64,000 nt of DNA from an uncultured Solirubrobacterales bacterium (GTDB lineage Bacteria; Actinomycetota; Thermoleophilia; Solirubrobacterales; 70-9). The notes under the pieces are model-generated. The model made no database searches. It worked only from the letters and a program-made list of their open reading frames with translations, and was not told the DNA's origin. Both the position numbers and the translations under genes were made by a program. Where the stretch lies: the NCBI GenBank assembly GCA_963787415.1, contig CAWBCO010000002.1, forward strand, positions 84,962-148,961, given 5' to 3'. Shown one piece after another: positions 1 through 10,207 of this stretch (within the stretch, counting starts at the first letter, position 1; every line of letters starts with the position of its first letter).

Positions 1-429
1 AGCCCTGAACTTGCCGAGGACGCCGTCCAGGACGCCTTGGTCCTGTTCATGGAGCACTTTGATCCAACCAGCCAGGCCCCACCCCTTGCCTGGCTGAGCC
101 TAACCCTAAAGCGGCGGTGTTGGGCGATCGACCGCAATCAGCGAAGAGATCGGACCAAACAGCCCGACCAAGATATCGACCGTTGCACCCAACAACAGCT
201 GCAAACGACTCCGATCGGCCAGCCAGACAAGCTGCTCGACCTCGCGGAGGAGATCGCAACGACCCGCAGTCAGCTAGGCGGGATCAAGCGAGACGAGCGG
301 CGAGCCATTTCGCTGCTTGCCTTCGGCTACAGCTACAACGAGATTCGCGACCTCACCGGCTGGTCCCACAGAAAGGTGACCCGGTGTGTGACGGAGGGCC
401 GGGCGACGCTGCGGGATCTGCACCGCTAG
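1..429 (+). CDS. sigma-70 family (ECF-like) sigma factor, 5' end outside window
   Basis: The frame is open from base 1. Region-2-like AEDAVQDALVLFMEHF and a region-4 HTH LLAFGYSYNEIRDLTGWSHRKVTRCVTEGRATLRDL. Decayed paralogues lie at 24.6-26.3 kb. Confidence 0.7.
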   Translation, partial: SPELAEDAVQDALVLFMEHFDPTSQAPPLAWLSLTLKRRCWAIDRNQRRDRTKQPDQDIDRCTQQQLQTTPIGQPDKLLDLAEEIATTRSQLGGIKRDERRAISLLAFGYSYNEIRDLTGWSHRKVTRCVTEGRATLRDLHR

Positions 430-621
430 AAGGAGATAGGGAGCCGCGACTAGCGTCGCTGCCTTTACCCGGCGGATGACTTAACACGAACCCACCGTTA
501 ATTGAGATTCAAAGTCCGCCCCTGTTTTGCGAAGTAGCAACAGAGTCACCCGAGCAGCGAGCGGCCAGCGATGCTCCAGCAGCACACACGGAACGACGAC
601 CGGCGAGGAACGCCGGCCCTC

Positions 622-819
622 CTATGCCGGGACGCGCTCGCCAGCCGGAACATAGTGCTCCAGATCGGCATCGTGGCCAAGCGCGAACGGGATACCCTCC
701 CGGGCGAGCTTGGCGACCTCGGCGTAGCTGTCGCCAGCGGCGGACCATCCGTCGATATCGGGCGACTCGGCCCACCAGCCATCAGGCTCGTGGTGGTAGA
801 TGACACGAACGGGATTCAT
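622..819 (-). CDS. hicB: HicB-family antitoxin
   Basis: An internal Met at 819 gives MNPVRVIYHHEPDGWWAESPDIDGWSAAGDSYAEV, a UPF0150/HicB-like N-terminal fold motif. It starts 14 nt after the hicA stop. Confidence 0.65.
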   Translation of the reverse strand: MNPVRVIYHHEPDGWWAESPDIDGWSAAGDSYAEVAKLAREGIPFALGHDADLEHYVPAGERVPA

Positions 820-832
820 TTGGTCTTCTACG

Positions 833-1066
833 TCAGAGTAGCTTCCGGGCCTCCTGCTCGGCAAGTCCAACGTCCCTGGTGAGGATCTTCCGAACCAGCC
901 CGCTTGGGACAGTTGCGCTGTCATGGAAGGCAAAACACAGCGGCGGGAAGTGCGGCGACTCCATCCTTCGATGCGAACCGACCTGGCGCACGACCCGGTA
1001 GCTCAGCGACCGACGTTCGAGAGCAGCCAGCAGGCGCTTGGCCTTCACTGAGGGAAAATCGCTCAC
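833..1066 (-). CDS. hicA: HicA-family mRNA interferase toxin
   Basis: 77 aa with KRLLAALERRSLSYRVVRQVGSHRRM, the typical HicA/YcfA core. It lies directly upstream of a HicB-like ORF. Confidence 0.7.
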   Translation of the reverse strand: MSDFPSVKAKRLLAALERRSLSYRVVRQVGSHRRMESPHFPPLCFAFHDSATVPSGLVRKILTRDVGLAEQEARKLL

Positions 1067-1099
1067 CCGGACGAGCCTAAACTGTCAGGTGAAAATCAC

Positions 1100-2176
1100 T
1101 CACAGTCCTGGCGGATGGCTAGCCACAAACCCAGCCGTCGATTGAAGACCGAAGCCGGGGCCGTGGGCGAAATTCGAATCCGAGGTACCCCAGTCACGAC
1201 CGTCGATTTCGACGAACACGTGATCGACGTTGGACCAGATCGTCACGTGCTTTCCGCGGCCCGAGGGATAGGTACTGGCGAAATCCCCCGAGACCAACGG
1301 CCCAGGATCCTTATAGCCGGAGAGAACCAGCAGCCAGCGCACCGCCCCGGAGCAGTCCAGGCCCTTTTCGGGGGCGCCGAAGACCTGGCGGCCGGCTGCG
1401 CTCCAGCAGTAGCTACCCGTCGATGGCCCCGGCTTGGCCGCGTGCCCTCCACCCCAGCAATAGTGGATTCGCTGATCTTCGATCCAACGGGCCACGTATT
1501 GGATTCGGGCCAGCGGTTCGGTCGGGACTTCGCCGAGCTGAGTCGAGGCAACAGCGGTACACACCTCTCCCGCTCCGAAGCTCGAGGCAATCTGAAGGAC
1601 CTCTTCCACATACCAATCGGCGTGGTTGTAGGCGAAAATTGCGCCGCGCCAGTTACCAGGAGCACCCGAGGCGTGAAGGTAATTCGCGGTGGCAAAGATC
1701 GAGTCGGGAATGCTGTAGATGTCGGCGCGACCGCTACCGGTTGCATCGACCCCGTAGGTCGCCCAGGTGGAGAAGAGAAACTGTCCAGGACCGGCGGCCC
1801 CGGCTGAGTTCGTCCCCGAGTGCACTCCCGGCAACGACGAGCGGCCGAAGTCCGACTCGACTTTGTGGATCGCGGCGACGATTGAGAAGCCACGCGGTCC
1901 GAGGTGGTAGCGACTGGCAGCTTTCTCCAACCATGGCACGTAGTCGGCCGGGATTTCGTCGCCGCCCGAGCCTTTGACCACGCAGCTCTGCCCGCCACCG
2001 GCGGAGGAGTTGGCGGCGACGAAGAGACCGGTGACGAGGAGTAGGGGCAGGAGCGCCGCAGCTGCACCCAGAGCGATCTTCCAGCCCGCTACATCGCGAA
2101 CCGTCCCGCGAACGGCGATCAGCACCGTGCGAGCATCGAGTTCGTCGGCGGAGCTTCGATTCGGATCGTCACTCAC
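1100..2176 (-). CDS. conjugation-associated cell-wall hydrolase (lytic transglycosylase-like N-domain plus NlpC/P60-like C-domain)
   Basis: N-terminal TM helix. SLT-like region (IHKVESDFG, GAAGPGQFLFSTW, YNHADWYV). C-terminal Cys-peptidase-like GLDCSGAVRW ... HVFVEI. It lies in the T4SS operon. Confidence 0.7.
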   Translation of the reverse strand: MSDDPNRSSADELDARTVLIAVRGTVRDVAGWKIALGAAAALLPLLLVTGLFVAANSSAGGGQSCVVKGSGGDEIPADYVPWLEKAASRYHLGPRGFSIVAAIHKVESDFGRSSLPGVHSGTNSAGAAGPGQFLFSTWATYGVDATGSGRADIYSIPDSIFATANYLHASGAPGNWRGAIFAYNHADWYVEEVLQIASSFGAGEVCTAVASTQLGEVPTEPLARIQYVARWIEDQRIHYCWGGGHAAKPGPSTGSYCWSAAGRQVFGAPEKGLDCSGAVRWLLVLSGYKDPGPLVSGDFASTYPSGRGKHVTIWSNVDHVFVEIDGRDWGTSDSNFAHGPGFGLQSTAGFVASHPPGL

Positions 2177-2691
2177 TGCCCCGGACCGCTCGCAAGCCAG
2201 TCCCGGCCGCGACGTTCGAAGACGAAGGAGAACTGCTCAGAGGAGCGGCCTCGCCTAGCCGAGCCGCTGATCACGGCGCGCGGCGGGATCGCCGAGACAA
2301 AAGCAACGGCGATCTGGCCCAGCGCCGCCGAACGAGGGAATTCGCCGGCCGTCGGCTGAGGCCGGTTGGCAAGCAGTTCGCGACTGAAGCTCGCGGTCGC
2401 AAAGGCGCGAAGAGTGCTCGTGACCCCTGCATCCAGCTCGCCGACCTCGTAGCGCAGGAAGGCTGCGACGAAGCTGCGCGCGGCCGCCCTGACTTCCCTG
2501 TGCAAATGCTGGCTACGCTCGGCGAACGCGGCGGTTGCGGCCGCCGCCGTCCCCTCTCCATCTCGACGGTGCGAGGCCGAGGCGGGATCACCCAAGTCGT
2601 TGCCGCTCAAGCCAAAAGCAAGCGCGGAGCCGAGAAGTGCTGCGCAGACCAAAGCGAACAGCACAACCCTCGAGCGCCGTGGCCCATCCAC
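2173..2691 (-). CDS. membrane-anchored hypothetical protein of the transfer operon
   Basis: 172 aa with an N-terminal TM helix (VVLFALVCAALLGSALAFGL). Its stop overlaps the downstream gene's start (ATGA-type coupling). Confidence 0.5.
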   Translation of the reverse strand: MDGPRRSRVVLFALVCAALLGSALAFGLSGNDLGDPASASHRRDGEGTAAAATAAFAERSQHLHREVRAAARSFVAAFLRYEVGELDAGVTSTLRAFATASFSRELLANRPQPTAGEFPRSAALGQIAVAFVSAIPPRAVISGSARRGRSSEQFSFVFERRGRDWLASGPGQ

Positions 2692-2694
2692 CGC

Positions 2695-5130
2695 TCAACC
2701 CCCACGCGAGAGATTGCGCCGCTGCTCCGGGTGCGAGGCAAGATGGCGGTCGCGGCGAAGCCGGCGCAGCTGCTCGAGGCGCTCCGGGTTGGCGCCCTCC
2801 CGACGCTGGCGCAATCCCTCAGCTGCCTGACGGGGTCGCCCGATGACCCGACCCGGAATGCTGCCCGCAACATCGAGGCGCTGTCGATCGCGCTTGGTCG
2901 CTTTCTCGATCGCCACCTCGGCCGCCTCGCGATCCGGACCACGCAGGGCTTCGAACTGAGCCCGGTCATATCCGGCTCGGTGGGCATGGTCGGCCGGATC
3001 CTTCGAACGCAGCAGCAGCTCGCGGTCCTCGGCCGCAAAGCGCTGCAGGTCGCGCCCGCTCCAGCGCTCGCCAAGACGGCGCTGGTTGTGGGCGACGTGC
3101 GCTACCAGAGCCTCGGCCCGTTCGAAGCGCTCCCCTGGCGCGCCCTGCTTTCTATCCGCCCCCTGCTCGCTGCCAGACTCCCTTGCCGGCGCGGTTCCCA
3201 TTTCCGCGGGCTTCGCCTTTGTCGAAGGCCGCAGAGTTTTGGAGGACCGCTTGCTTCCTCGCTCCGCCTCCTGGGGCCCCGCTTCGGCCAGCGTCTGCTT
3301 GGCTTCCTGGTAGCGCTGATCGGCGAGAGCGCGAGCGCTGCTTTGCAGCGAGTCATTCGCCGTCTCCCGGGTCGCCGCACCGCCATCGGCGAGCCGCGTG
3401 CGGGCCAAATGCCAGCCGCGGCGACCGACACCCTTCAAGGTATTGCTGCCGCTCTGCGAGATCCGCCTCGCGATCGAGAAGCCAGCGAGGCCCGCGACGC
3501 TGAGGCCGTGGCCGGCGTGGCGGTCGGCTTCGCCGATGCTCATCCAGTCGATCAGCTGTGCCCGCTTTAGGAAAACCGCCCAGCTGAAGGCCGCTGAGAG
3601 CAGAAAGCCGGTGGCACTTCCCGCGGTCCCATCAACCTGGCCGAGGATCGAGATCCCTAGCAAAACGACCGAGAGGAAGGCCGCGTAGATCACCTTGGCG
3701 ACCGTGGCGCCGAGGAGCGTCAGACCCCAGGTCTTAAAGGCTCGCCGTCCAGAGTCACCGAGCAGCGGGAAGAAAAGGGCGAACGGCGCCGCGAGAAGGA
3801 GGACAAAAGCGATCGCCGCCTGGCTGAAGAGACGAATCGCGAGCCAAGCCAGGAGCAATATCGCCCCAGCCAGCGCAATCGCGAATAGCGCCAGCATCGA
3901 GAGCCGCGTCAGCACACCATTGCCGCCCTGGGCGGCAACTTTCGCCTTGTAGAGCTGATCGCCGTTGAAGTAGTTCCAAAGAGCTTCGCGGGCCGGACTG
4001 CCCGGCGAGGAGCGTAGGTAAAGGTCGATCACGCTCTTGGGCCGTCCGTAGCGCTTGCGGGCAAAGCCCGCGCAGGCTTCCTTGGCCTGGGTATTGCCAA
4101 GGTTGGAGAGCACCGCCAGCAGCGCCAGGGCGCCAAAGTCTGCGCAGAACTTTTCGTTTGACTTCTGGACTGCTTCTTCAGGCGGCGGCCCAAGCGCCCA
4201 CTTCACATCGGAGAAGTCGAGGCCGGCGAACGGCACTTCGACCAGACGCGACCAGGTGGACGACATCGTTTCGGCATAGGTGCCGCTGGGCCGCGAAACC
4301 GAGCCGGACTGGGGAGCGCTGATCGCGGCGAGGGCCACTTCGTCGGATAGGCCAGCGAGCTGGCCGACCGATTCGCGCGGCTGATGAATCACCCAGAGAC
4401 CGACGATCAGCATCGCGATGCCAGCCAGTGTCCCGGCCACCCCTGCGGCAAGCTCGCGGCGCAGGAGACCCCTGTAGGCGAACCAGATCCCGCCGGCTAC
4501 GACCGTCGCGGAGAGCCAGGGATCGGTGATCCCTTCATAGAGTCTCCCCAGCGCGGCAGAGATGTGGCTCATCGTCTGCCCGCTCGAGAAGGGGTTTAGG
4601 CCGAAGGCAAGCCCGAGCAGCTCCAGAACGAGCTTTAAGACAAAGATCAGCCCCAGCCAGATCCCGTTAAGGACGGTGGCGAAGCCATAGAGGATGTCGT
4701 CGACCGGATGTGTGATCCCGGTGGAGATGAAGATGTCAAAGCCGTAATTTGACGCTGGGTAGTTACTCTCCGGGGTGCCGTCCGTTTCGCAGGCAAGCCG
4801 GGTTTCGCGGCTGCGAATCTGAGCGAGCTGATCACAGACCGGATCGCGGATTCCCAGACCGCTGAGCGGATCGACCTGTCCGGTGGCACCGAGTTCCCGC
4901 GCCTCGGTATCGACGCCCACGCTGTCGGGGCTGAGCAGCTGACCGCCCTGGGGAGGAGGAGCGCTCGGCGACGGTTGGGCCCGGCCATGCTTGCCGTGCT
5001 CCACTGTTGTGCCGCCCGAGGCGTGAAGCGCGGCCGAGGCACCCGGTGCGTTGACGATCAGCCCTATACAGAGGCCCCCCAGGGCCATGCAGAGGCAACG
5101 AGCCTGGAGGCGCTCACGCCGCCGGCTCAT
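2695..5130 (-). CDS. polytopic membrane protein, TrbL/VirB6-like T4SS channel component with a long charged C-terminal tail
   Basis: Start moved to the internal Met at 5130 (MSRRRERLQARCLCMALGGLCIGLIV), which overlaps the VirB4 stop by 17 nt. Several hydrophobic helices are followed by an about 250-aa Arg/Glu/Ala-rich tail. Confidence 0.55.
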   Translation of the reverse strand: MSRRRERLQARCLCMALGGLCIGLIVNAPGASAALHASGGTTVEHGKHGRAQPSPSAPPPQGGQLLSPDSVGVDTEARELGATGQVDPLSGLGIRDPVCDQLAQIRSRETRLACETDGTPESNYPASNYGFDIFISTGITHPVDDILYGFATVLNGIWLGLIFVLKLVLELLGLAFGLNPFSSGQTMSHISAALGRLYEGITDPWLSATVVAGGIWFAYRGLLRRELAAGVAGTLAGIAMLIVGLWVIHQPRESVGQLAGLSDEVALAAISAPQSGSVSRPSGTYAETMSSTWSRLVEVPFAGLDFSDVKWALGPPPEEAVQKSNEKFCADFGALALLAVLSNLGNTQAKEACAGFARKRYGRPKSVIDLYLRSSPGSPAREALWNYFNGDQLYKAKVAAQGGNGVLTRLSMLALFAIALAGAILLLAWLAIRLFSQAAIAFVLLLAAPFALFFPLLGDSGRRAFKTWGLTLLGATVAKVIYAAFLSVVLLGISILGQVDGTAGSATGFLLSAAFSWAVFLKRAQLIDWMSIGEADRHAGHGLSVAGLAGFSIARRISQSGSNTLKGVGRRGWHLARTRLADGGAATRETANDSLQSSARALADQRYQEAKQTLAEAGPQEAERGSKRSSKTLRPSTKAKPAEMGTAPARESGSEQGADRKQGAPGERFERAEALVAHVAHNQRRLGERWSGRDLQRFAAEDRELLLRSKDPADHAHRAGYDRAQFEALRGPDREAAEVAIEKATKRDRQRLDVAGSIPGRVIGRPRQAAEGLRQRREGANPERLEQLRRLRRDRHLASHPEQRRNLSRGG

Positions 5131-7594
5131 CGCCGTGCCCCACGTCGGCCCCTTCGCCACTCGACCTGCGCGGGGAAGGGGGGCCCGCGCGTCGCGGCGT
5201 CGTATCCAGCTCGCTAAGCAACCAGCGCGGCGGGTCGATCTGGATCGGCGCGACCTGGCCTGAGAAGTCGCGAAAATAGCAGCGCCCCTCACGGTAGCCC
5301 AGCAGTCTCTGAGTCGCCGCTTCATCGTCGGGATCGAGGCGCAGGAGAGCGAGCGCCTTTTGCGCCTCGCTCTCCGTCTCTACACCGAAGGCAAAAAGCG
5401 CTCCGACCAAGGGCTCCAACTGCTCGGCGTCGCCCAGCATCTGGGTGGCGAGGATCGGGGTGATGTTTTGGCTACGCCCCATGCGGGCGATCCGCTCCAG
5501 GAGCGCCCGCCCCTGGCTATCGGAGGTAAGAGCCCAGGCCTCATCCATCGCCAGCACGGCGTGACGTCCTGGGTCTGTTCCACAGAGACGGAGCGCGTAG
5601 GAGGCGAGCAGCCGCAGCACCGCGAGGCTGATCCGCTCCTCCTCCAGGAGCTCAGAGCGCGCCGTTCCGGCAAGCGGCAGCGTCAGGTTTCGGATCCGCA
5701 GCGAGACCACCTGCGCGTCGCCGACCTCAGCCATGCTGCTCTCGCCGGAGCCGAGCCCAAGCTTGGCGAGGCCGCTGGAGGCGTGCGCCTCCACGGCGCG
5801 GGCGGCCTCTGCCGCCTCAGCGCTGGGTGAGGCGGCCATACGGGCCAGTACCTCTCCTGTGCTGCGCGCGCCCTCGCCCACCCCCTCCGAGATCGCCAGC
5901 CGAAGCTGGGTCTGCCACTCCGGCTTCACCGGCGCCGGCAGGATCGAGACCAAGAAGTTGTAGGTCAGGTCCTCGCGGGTCTGCTCGGTACCGATTCGCA
6001 TCGGATCGAGCAGACCGCGGTAGCGCTCATCGGGAGAGAGCTCGATCGTCTCGATTCGCTCCGAGACGCCCGGCAGGCGTTCAAGCGCATGGTCTCCCTT
6101 CGGGTCGATGTCGACAATCGGTCCCGAACCCTGCAGGAATGCCTGATAGACGGCCAGCTCCAAAAAGATCGTCTTGCCCGAGCCGAGGCTCCCAGTGAGT
6201 AGGCAGGTGGGTGGGCGATTTCGCTGACAGGCCTCAGCTAAATCGAACTGGATCGGGGAGCGCGCGCCACCAAGGGTGTGACCGATGTAGGGGCCAATCT
6301 CTGAGCCGGCATGACTGATCGCGTGCGGAACCATTGCGCCGAGCTGGTCGGGCAGCAGGTGCTCCTTGTACTCGGGTAATGGGAATCTGGTGGCGGGAAG
6401 CGAGGCTAGGAAGAGACGGTGCTGCTCCCCTCCTGGGCGATGCAGCTGGACACGTCCGTAGCTCTCACGCAGCCGCTCGACCCTTTCCTCGAGCTCCTCC
6501 TCGCTACGGCCCGCGACGGCAAGTGAAAGGGCGCTGCGAAGCAGTGGCGGACGATCGCCCCCGCCGAGCACCGCCTCCAATTCGCGTGCCGCCGCGGGTC
6601 GCTCGGCAGCTTCGATAGAGGGGCCATGATCGCCGGCTGACTCCTCGCGGGCGATCTGATCGGCATCAATTTTTCGCTTTGCGACCTGTTTTCGAGCCTC
6701 GGGGTTGGCGAGGAACTCAACCGAGAGGGTTGCGTCGACCGCGAAACCAAGCTCAAGTGGCGTGAACATCAGCTCCGCTGCCGGGCCAGGCACCAGGGCT
6801 TCCTCAGGCATCGCGCCCAAGACCAGAAGCGCCTGATGCGCACGGCCGCGCTCGGAGTCAATCGCCAGAGATCGACGCTCGACCGTAACGCGACTCTCGT
6901 GCAGGCGCAGAAGGTCATAGCCATAGGGCTGAAAGCGCTCCTCCCCACCGGAGTCGAGGAAGCTGAGCGCCTGCGGCGCGAAGCTCTGATCGGCGTCGGG
7001 CTCGCCGAGGCCGCGGGTGTAGGCGCGGCGAATCAGACCCGCCAATCGCTGGGATCCCACCCGGGTACATTCCAGATAGCCGAGCACCCGCTCAAATGCC
7101 GCCGCCTCCTCGCGACGAAGCGCCGCGATCTGGCGAAATCCCAATCCGCCTGCCTCCTCGAATCCGAACCGCTCGGCGACCGCGGTCCACATGGCGCTTA
7201 CTCCCTCGATCGCGGCCGCCAGCGCTCCGCCTCCACCAGGCGGCGCCAGACGCAGGGCGAGGTAGATCTCAGGGCGCAGCGCTTCGCGTTTTTCGAATTG
7301 GGAGCGATGCTCGACGATGTGATCCAAGAAGCGCTCCCGCTGTCCGTGGCGGGGGTCGAGCGTGCTGAGCGCACGGCGCTGATAGGCCTCCGCGTCAAAG
7401 GCACGCGCCACGCGGAGAATCTGAAAGTCGGCGCCGATCGAGTAGGCAAAGGCCTCCAGGCGTTCGCCTATCTCGATCTTTCGTGCAACCGAGAGCCCGG
7501 GGTAGCTTTGGCCCTCGAGCTCATAGACCGCCCAGGCCTCACTCGGGGTACGGAGCACCAGGTTTCCCCAGAAGAAGTAGTGCGGCGCTCTCAC
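5114..7594 (-). CDS. VirB4/TraC-like conjugative T4SS ATPase
   Basis: 826 aa with Walker A LLTGSLGSGKT and Walker B-like AVLAMDEAWAL. Size and operon position are typical of Gram-positive VirB4. Confidence 0.8.
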   Translation of the reverse strand: MRAPHYFFWGNLVLRTPSEAWAVYELEGQSYPGLSVARKIEIGERLEAFAYSIGADFQILRVARAFDAEAYQRRALSTLDPRHGQRERFLDHIVEHRSQFEKREALRPEIYLALRLAPPGGGGALAAAIEGVSAMWTAVAERFGFEEAGGLGFRQIAALRREEAAAFERVLGYLECTRVGSQRLAGLIRRAYTRGLGEPDADQSFAPQALSFLDSGGEERFQPYGYDLLRLHESRVTVERRSLAIDSERGRAHQALLVLGAMPEEALVPGPAAELMFTPLELGFAVDATLSVEFLANPEARKQVAKRKIDADQIAREESAGDHGPSIEAAERPAAARELEAVLGGGDRPPLLRSALSLAVAGRSEEELEERVERLRESYGRVQLHRPGGEQHRLFLASLPATRFPLPEYKEHLLPDQLGAMVPHAISHAGSEIGPYIGHTLGGARSPIQFDLAEACQRNRPPTCLLTGSLGSGKTIFLELAVYQAFLQGSGPIVDIDPKGDHALERLPGVSERIETIELSPDERYRGLLDPMRIGTEQTREDLTYNFLVSILPAPVKPEWQTQLRLAISEGVGEGARSTGEVLARMAASPSAEAAEAARAVEAHASSGLAKLGLGSGESSMAEVGDAQVVSLRIRNLTLPLAGTARSELLEEERISLAVLRLLASYALRLCGTDPGRHAVLAMDEAWALTSDSQGRALLERIARMGRSQNITPILATQMLGDAEQLEPLVGALFAFGVETESEAQKALALLRLDPDDEAATQRLLGYREGRCYFRDFSGQVAPIQIDPPRWLLSELDTTPRRAGPPSPRRSSGEGADVGHGDEPAA

Positions 7595-8250
7595 GAAGAC
7601 CCCGGCTCGGCCTCGAAGATCACGGTCCTCCCGGCAGGGATCTCCAGCGTCTTGCCTCGATTGAGCGGCGGACCGCCCAGCGGGCGAACCCGCCAGCGGC
7701 GGGCGCTTGCCGCCCGTTGCTGACTGTTTGCGCCGGCGAGCGGCGGAATCCCCTCCAAGCTCACCTCAACCGGGTAGCGAAGCAGTACCCGGGCCGGACC
7801 GTGGAGGCGACCGCGCGGGTAGTTGGGGCCGTAGAGGTCCGCTGCGACCGTGAGCGGACCGAGCGGCACCAACGAGCTGCCCTGTGGTGGGCAGCGGCGC
7901 AGACCGGCAATGATCCGAGGGCGCAGGCGCCAAACGGCGAGTGCTGCCAGCGCCCGGTGGGGCGAGCGCCCATCGAGCTCCCAGCGCGAGAGCGCCCAGG
8001 CGCCGGCGACCGGCAGCGCCAGCAGCCGCAGCGAGGCAGGCAGTGCACCCACGGCGAGGCCGATCAGCGGTAGGCGACCAAGCACAGCGAGCATCGCCAG
8101 GCAGGCCAGCCAGTAGCCGATGCTGCGCAGCTCCAGCCCTCCGGGCAGGGGCAGCCGCCAGTTCTGGATCCGGTAAATCCGCCAACGGCGGCGAAAGACG
8201 ACCCGGTAGGAGCGCACGATCTTGCGCGATGTCTGCTCGGACATCACCAA
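7591..8250 (-). CDS. small membrane protein preceding VirB4 (TcpE/PrgI-like position)
   Basis: 219 aa with two to three TM helices (IGYWLACLAMLAVLG, LPASLRLLALPVAGAWAL). A 4-nt overlap with the VirB4 start. Confidence 0.45.
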   Translation of the reverse strand: MVMSEQTSRKIVRSYRVVFRRRWRIYRIQNWRLPLPGGLELRSIGYWLACLAMLAVLGRLPLIGLAVGALPASLRLLALPVAGAWALSRWELDGRSPHRALAALAVWRLRPRIIAGLRRCPPQGSSLVPLGPLTVAADLYGPNYPRGRLHGPARVLLRYPVEVSLEGIPPLAGANSQQRAASARRWRVRPLGGPPLNRGKTLEIPAGRTVIFEAEPGSS

Positions 8251-8251
8251 C

Positions 8252-8632
8252 TCACAGAACCGTGTTGGCGATCTGCTTGGCGAGCGACTCGATCGAGGTC
8301 GGCGCCAGCAGGAAGATCAGCCCGATCAGGGTGATCAGAATGATCCCGAAGGAGGCACCCACATTGCGCGAGGCGAGTGCCCCGATCAATAAACAGCCCC
8401 CGAGCACGATCAGCACCGGCACCGCCCAGTTGGTGAGAAGTGTCCCGAGGCGATTTCCAGCGCCACTCACATTGCCCGCACCTTCGCTGGCGCTGAGCGA
8501 CTTGGTCACCGCTGCCTCGGCACTCGCCAAGGCGCCGAGCGGCGCTGAACCAGGCGGCGCGGTTGGGGCTGCGCCGAGCAGCGCCACCGCGAGGAGCGCC
8601 GATGCTCCCGTGGTAATGAGTCTTCCCTTCAT
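8252..8632 (-). CDS. VirB2/TrbC-like pilin candidate
   Basis: The internal Met at 8632 is preceded by GGAGG. Signal peptide MKGRLITTGASALLAVALLGAAP followed by two hydrophobic helices, about 126 aa in total. Confidence 0.5.
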   Translation of the reverse strand: MKGRLITTGASALLAVALLGAAPTAPPGSAPLGALASAEAAVTKSLSASEGAGNVSGAGNRLGTLLTNWAVPVLIVLGGCLLIGALASRNVGASFGIILITLIGLIFLLAPTSIESLAKQIANTVL

Positions 8633-8660
8633 CTCTTGCCTCCATTTCGTTTTTGCATGG

Positions 8661-9536
8661 TCAGCTCGAGGTCGGGATGACCTCGATGAAGTCGACGTAG
8701 GGCCGCTCGCGATAGGCAATGCCCAGTTCGTAGGTGAGCGTGTAGGTGGCGCCGCGGCGATCGGCGGCGCTGACGGTGATCAGCACGGCACCCGAGCCCG
8801 GAGCCCCGACCCAGGCGATCTGATCGACGCTGCGAAGCGCCAGGGTGATGGTGGGCAGGGTGACGACAGCTCCGCGAGTCAGGTCCGCCTTCAGGTTCTC
8901 AGCCGAGCCCGCCAGGTAGTTGCGGATCACCCGCTTGACAACTTCGGTCACGGCGGGATCGGAGACCTCCTCGCCGGTCGTTGCCGCAGAGGCTGTATCC
9001 ACCGAAGGGGCACCGACAAAGCTCGGGTAGCTGAGCAGTGAGAGCGGCTGCCCAGTGGGGTGGCGCACCGTCACCGCCAGGTACAGCGGCGTCCGCTGGG
9101 TGGAGACCTCTGCGGCGATCGTGATCACCCGGCCTCCGATCAGCGCCGGCTGATCGGAGGCGACCTCGGTCCAGAGCACCCGCTGGATGCCTGAGGCGGC
9201 GATGAAGCCGGCTCCCGATTCCAACCCGCTCGAAACGAAGGGAGCAAGCGCCCTGGCGCGGGCACCGGGTCGATCGGCGTCATATGTCAGGTAGGCACGA
9301 GCGAACTGAAGAGCGAAGTCCTGGCTGGGGAGATCGGCGCTGGCTGGGGCTCGTGGGCTCAAAGACGGAGGCGAGGAGAACAGCGAGCGCAGGCCGAGTG
9401 TGACCAATAGGCCAAGCGCAGCCATAGTGAGGTAGCGCGGCCCCAGCGCTCGCAGCCGGGCAAGGCGGAGGCTCTGACCGTCGCGACTGCCTAAAGCGGC
9501 GGGCAGGGGAATCCGCTTGTCGGCAGTCCCAGGCAT
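8661..9536 (-). CDS. membrane-anchored conjugal-transfer-associated protein, unknown function
   Basis: 291 aa with one N-terminal TM helix (MAALGLLVTLGLRSLF). It lies in the operon between the pilin-like gene and the Pro-rich protein. Confidence 0.45.
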   Translation of the reverse strand: MPGTADKRIPLPAALGSRDGQSLRLARLRALGPRYLTMAALGLLVTLGLRSLFSSPPSLSPRAPASADLPSQDFALQFARAYLTYDADRPGARARALAPFVSSGLESGAGFIAASGIQRVLWTEVASDQPALIGGRVITIAAEVSTQRTPLYLAVTVRHPTGQPLSLLSYPSFVGAPSVDTASAATTGEEVSDPAVTEVVKRVIRNYLAGSAENLKADLTRGAVVTLPTITLALRSVDQIAWVGAPGSGAVLITVSAADRRGATYTLTYELGIAYRERPYVDFIEVIPTSS

Positions 9537-9538
9537 CG

Positions 9539-10150
9539 CTAGCGCTCGAAGCCGAAGTCCTCCCGCCCGGCCGAGCCGCCCGCGCCGCGGGGGGACGGCG
9601 GGGGCGGGCTCGGGGGGAGGGCAGCCTGAGCCGGGCTGGCTTGGGGGGGCGGCTCTGGGGTTGCCACTGGCGAGCCAACCGGCGCCTGCGTTGCTGTGGG
9701 TTCGCGCTCGGACTCGCTTTGGTGGATCTCCCGCGGCCGCCGGCTTGCCTTTGTGGGGCGGGGCCGGGGCTCTGGCTTGAGGACGCGGGGACGGGGTGGC
9801 GCCGGTTGGGCGGTCGGCGCCGGTGCCTTCCTCGCTGGTCTCTTGACCAGCGAGGAGAGCGGGAATGTCTGATCGGGCTGGGGGCGTACCGAGGGTGAGC
9901 TGGAGAGCTCCAGCGCGCCCAGCGTGGCGGCGGTAACGGCGCCAAGGCCGAGAACCGCGAACCTACGGGCACCCACCGGGGATCCGATCGGACGCGCGGA
10001 GACCGCTGGTGGGGACTCATCATCTGGCTCCCGCGCGTTGGGTGCTGCCGTGGACTCTTGGTCCCCGGCAGCGATCGGCTCCTCGGCGGCGAGTGACTCC
10101 TCACCGAGCACGAAGACATCGTTTTGGTTTCGTCCTATCGTCCGTTTCAC
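9539..10150 (-). CDS. Pro-rich membrane-anchored protein
   Basis: 203 aa with a TM helix FAVLGLGAVTAATLGAL followed by a Pro/Ala-rich low-complexity tail. Confidence 0.4.
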   Translation of the reverse strand: MKRTIGRNQNDVFVLGEESLAAEEPIAAGDQESTAAPNAREPDDESPPAVSARPIGSPVGARRFAVLGLGAVTAATLGALELSSSPSVRPQPDQTFPLSSLVKRPARKAPAPTAQPAPPRPRVLKPEPRPRPTKASRRPREIHQSESEREPTATQAPVGSPVATPEPPPQASPAQAALPPSPPPPSPRGAGGSAGREDFGFER

Positions 10151-10207
10151 TTCGACGACAAGACGTGGGAGAGGGGAAATCGATACCCCCCCTTTGAACT
10201 TTTTTAG

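Noticed and set aside
2500-3570. 356-aa plus-strand ORF
   Set aside because: It is antisense to the TrbL/VirB6-like gene. Its Arg/Ala/Pro-rich composition is typical of shadow ORFs in high-GC DNA, and it has no motifs.
5131-5325. N-terminal 65-codon extension of the 876-aa ORF
   Set aside because: It would overlap the VirB4 gene by 211 nt. The internal Met at 5130 gives a normal signal or TM start and a 17-nt overlap.
7941-9041. 366-aa plus-strand ORF
   Set aside because: It is a shadow frame across three minus-strand transfer genes, with low-complexity Ala/Arg/Pro content.
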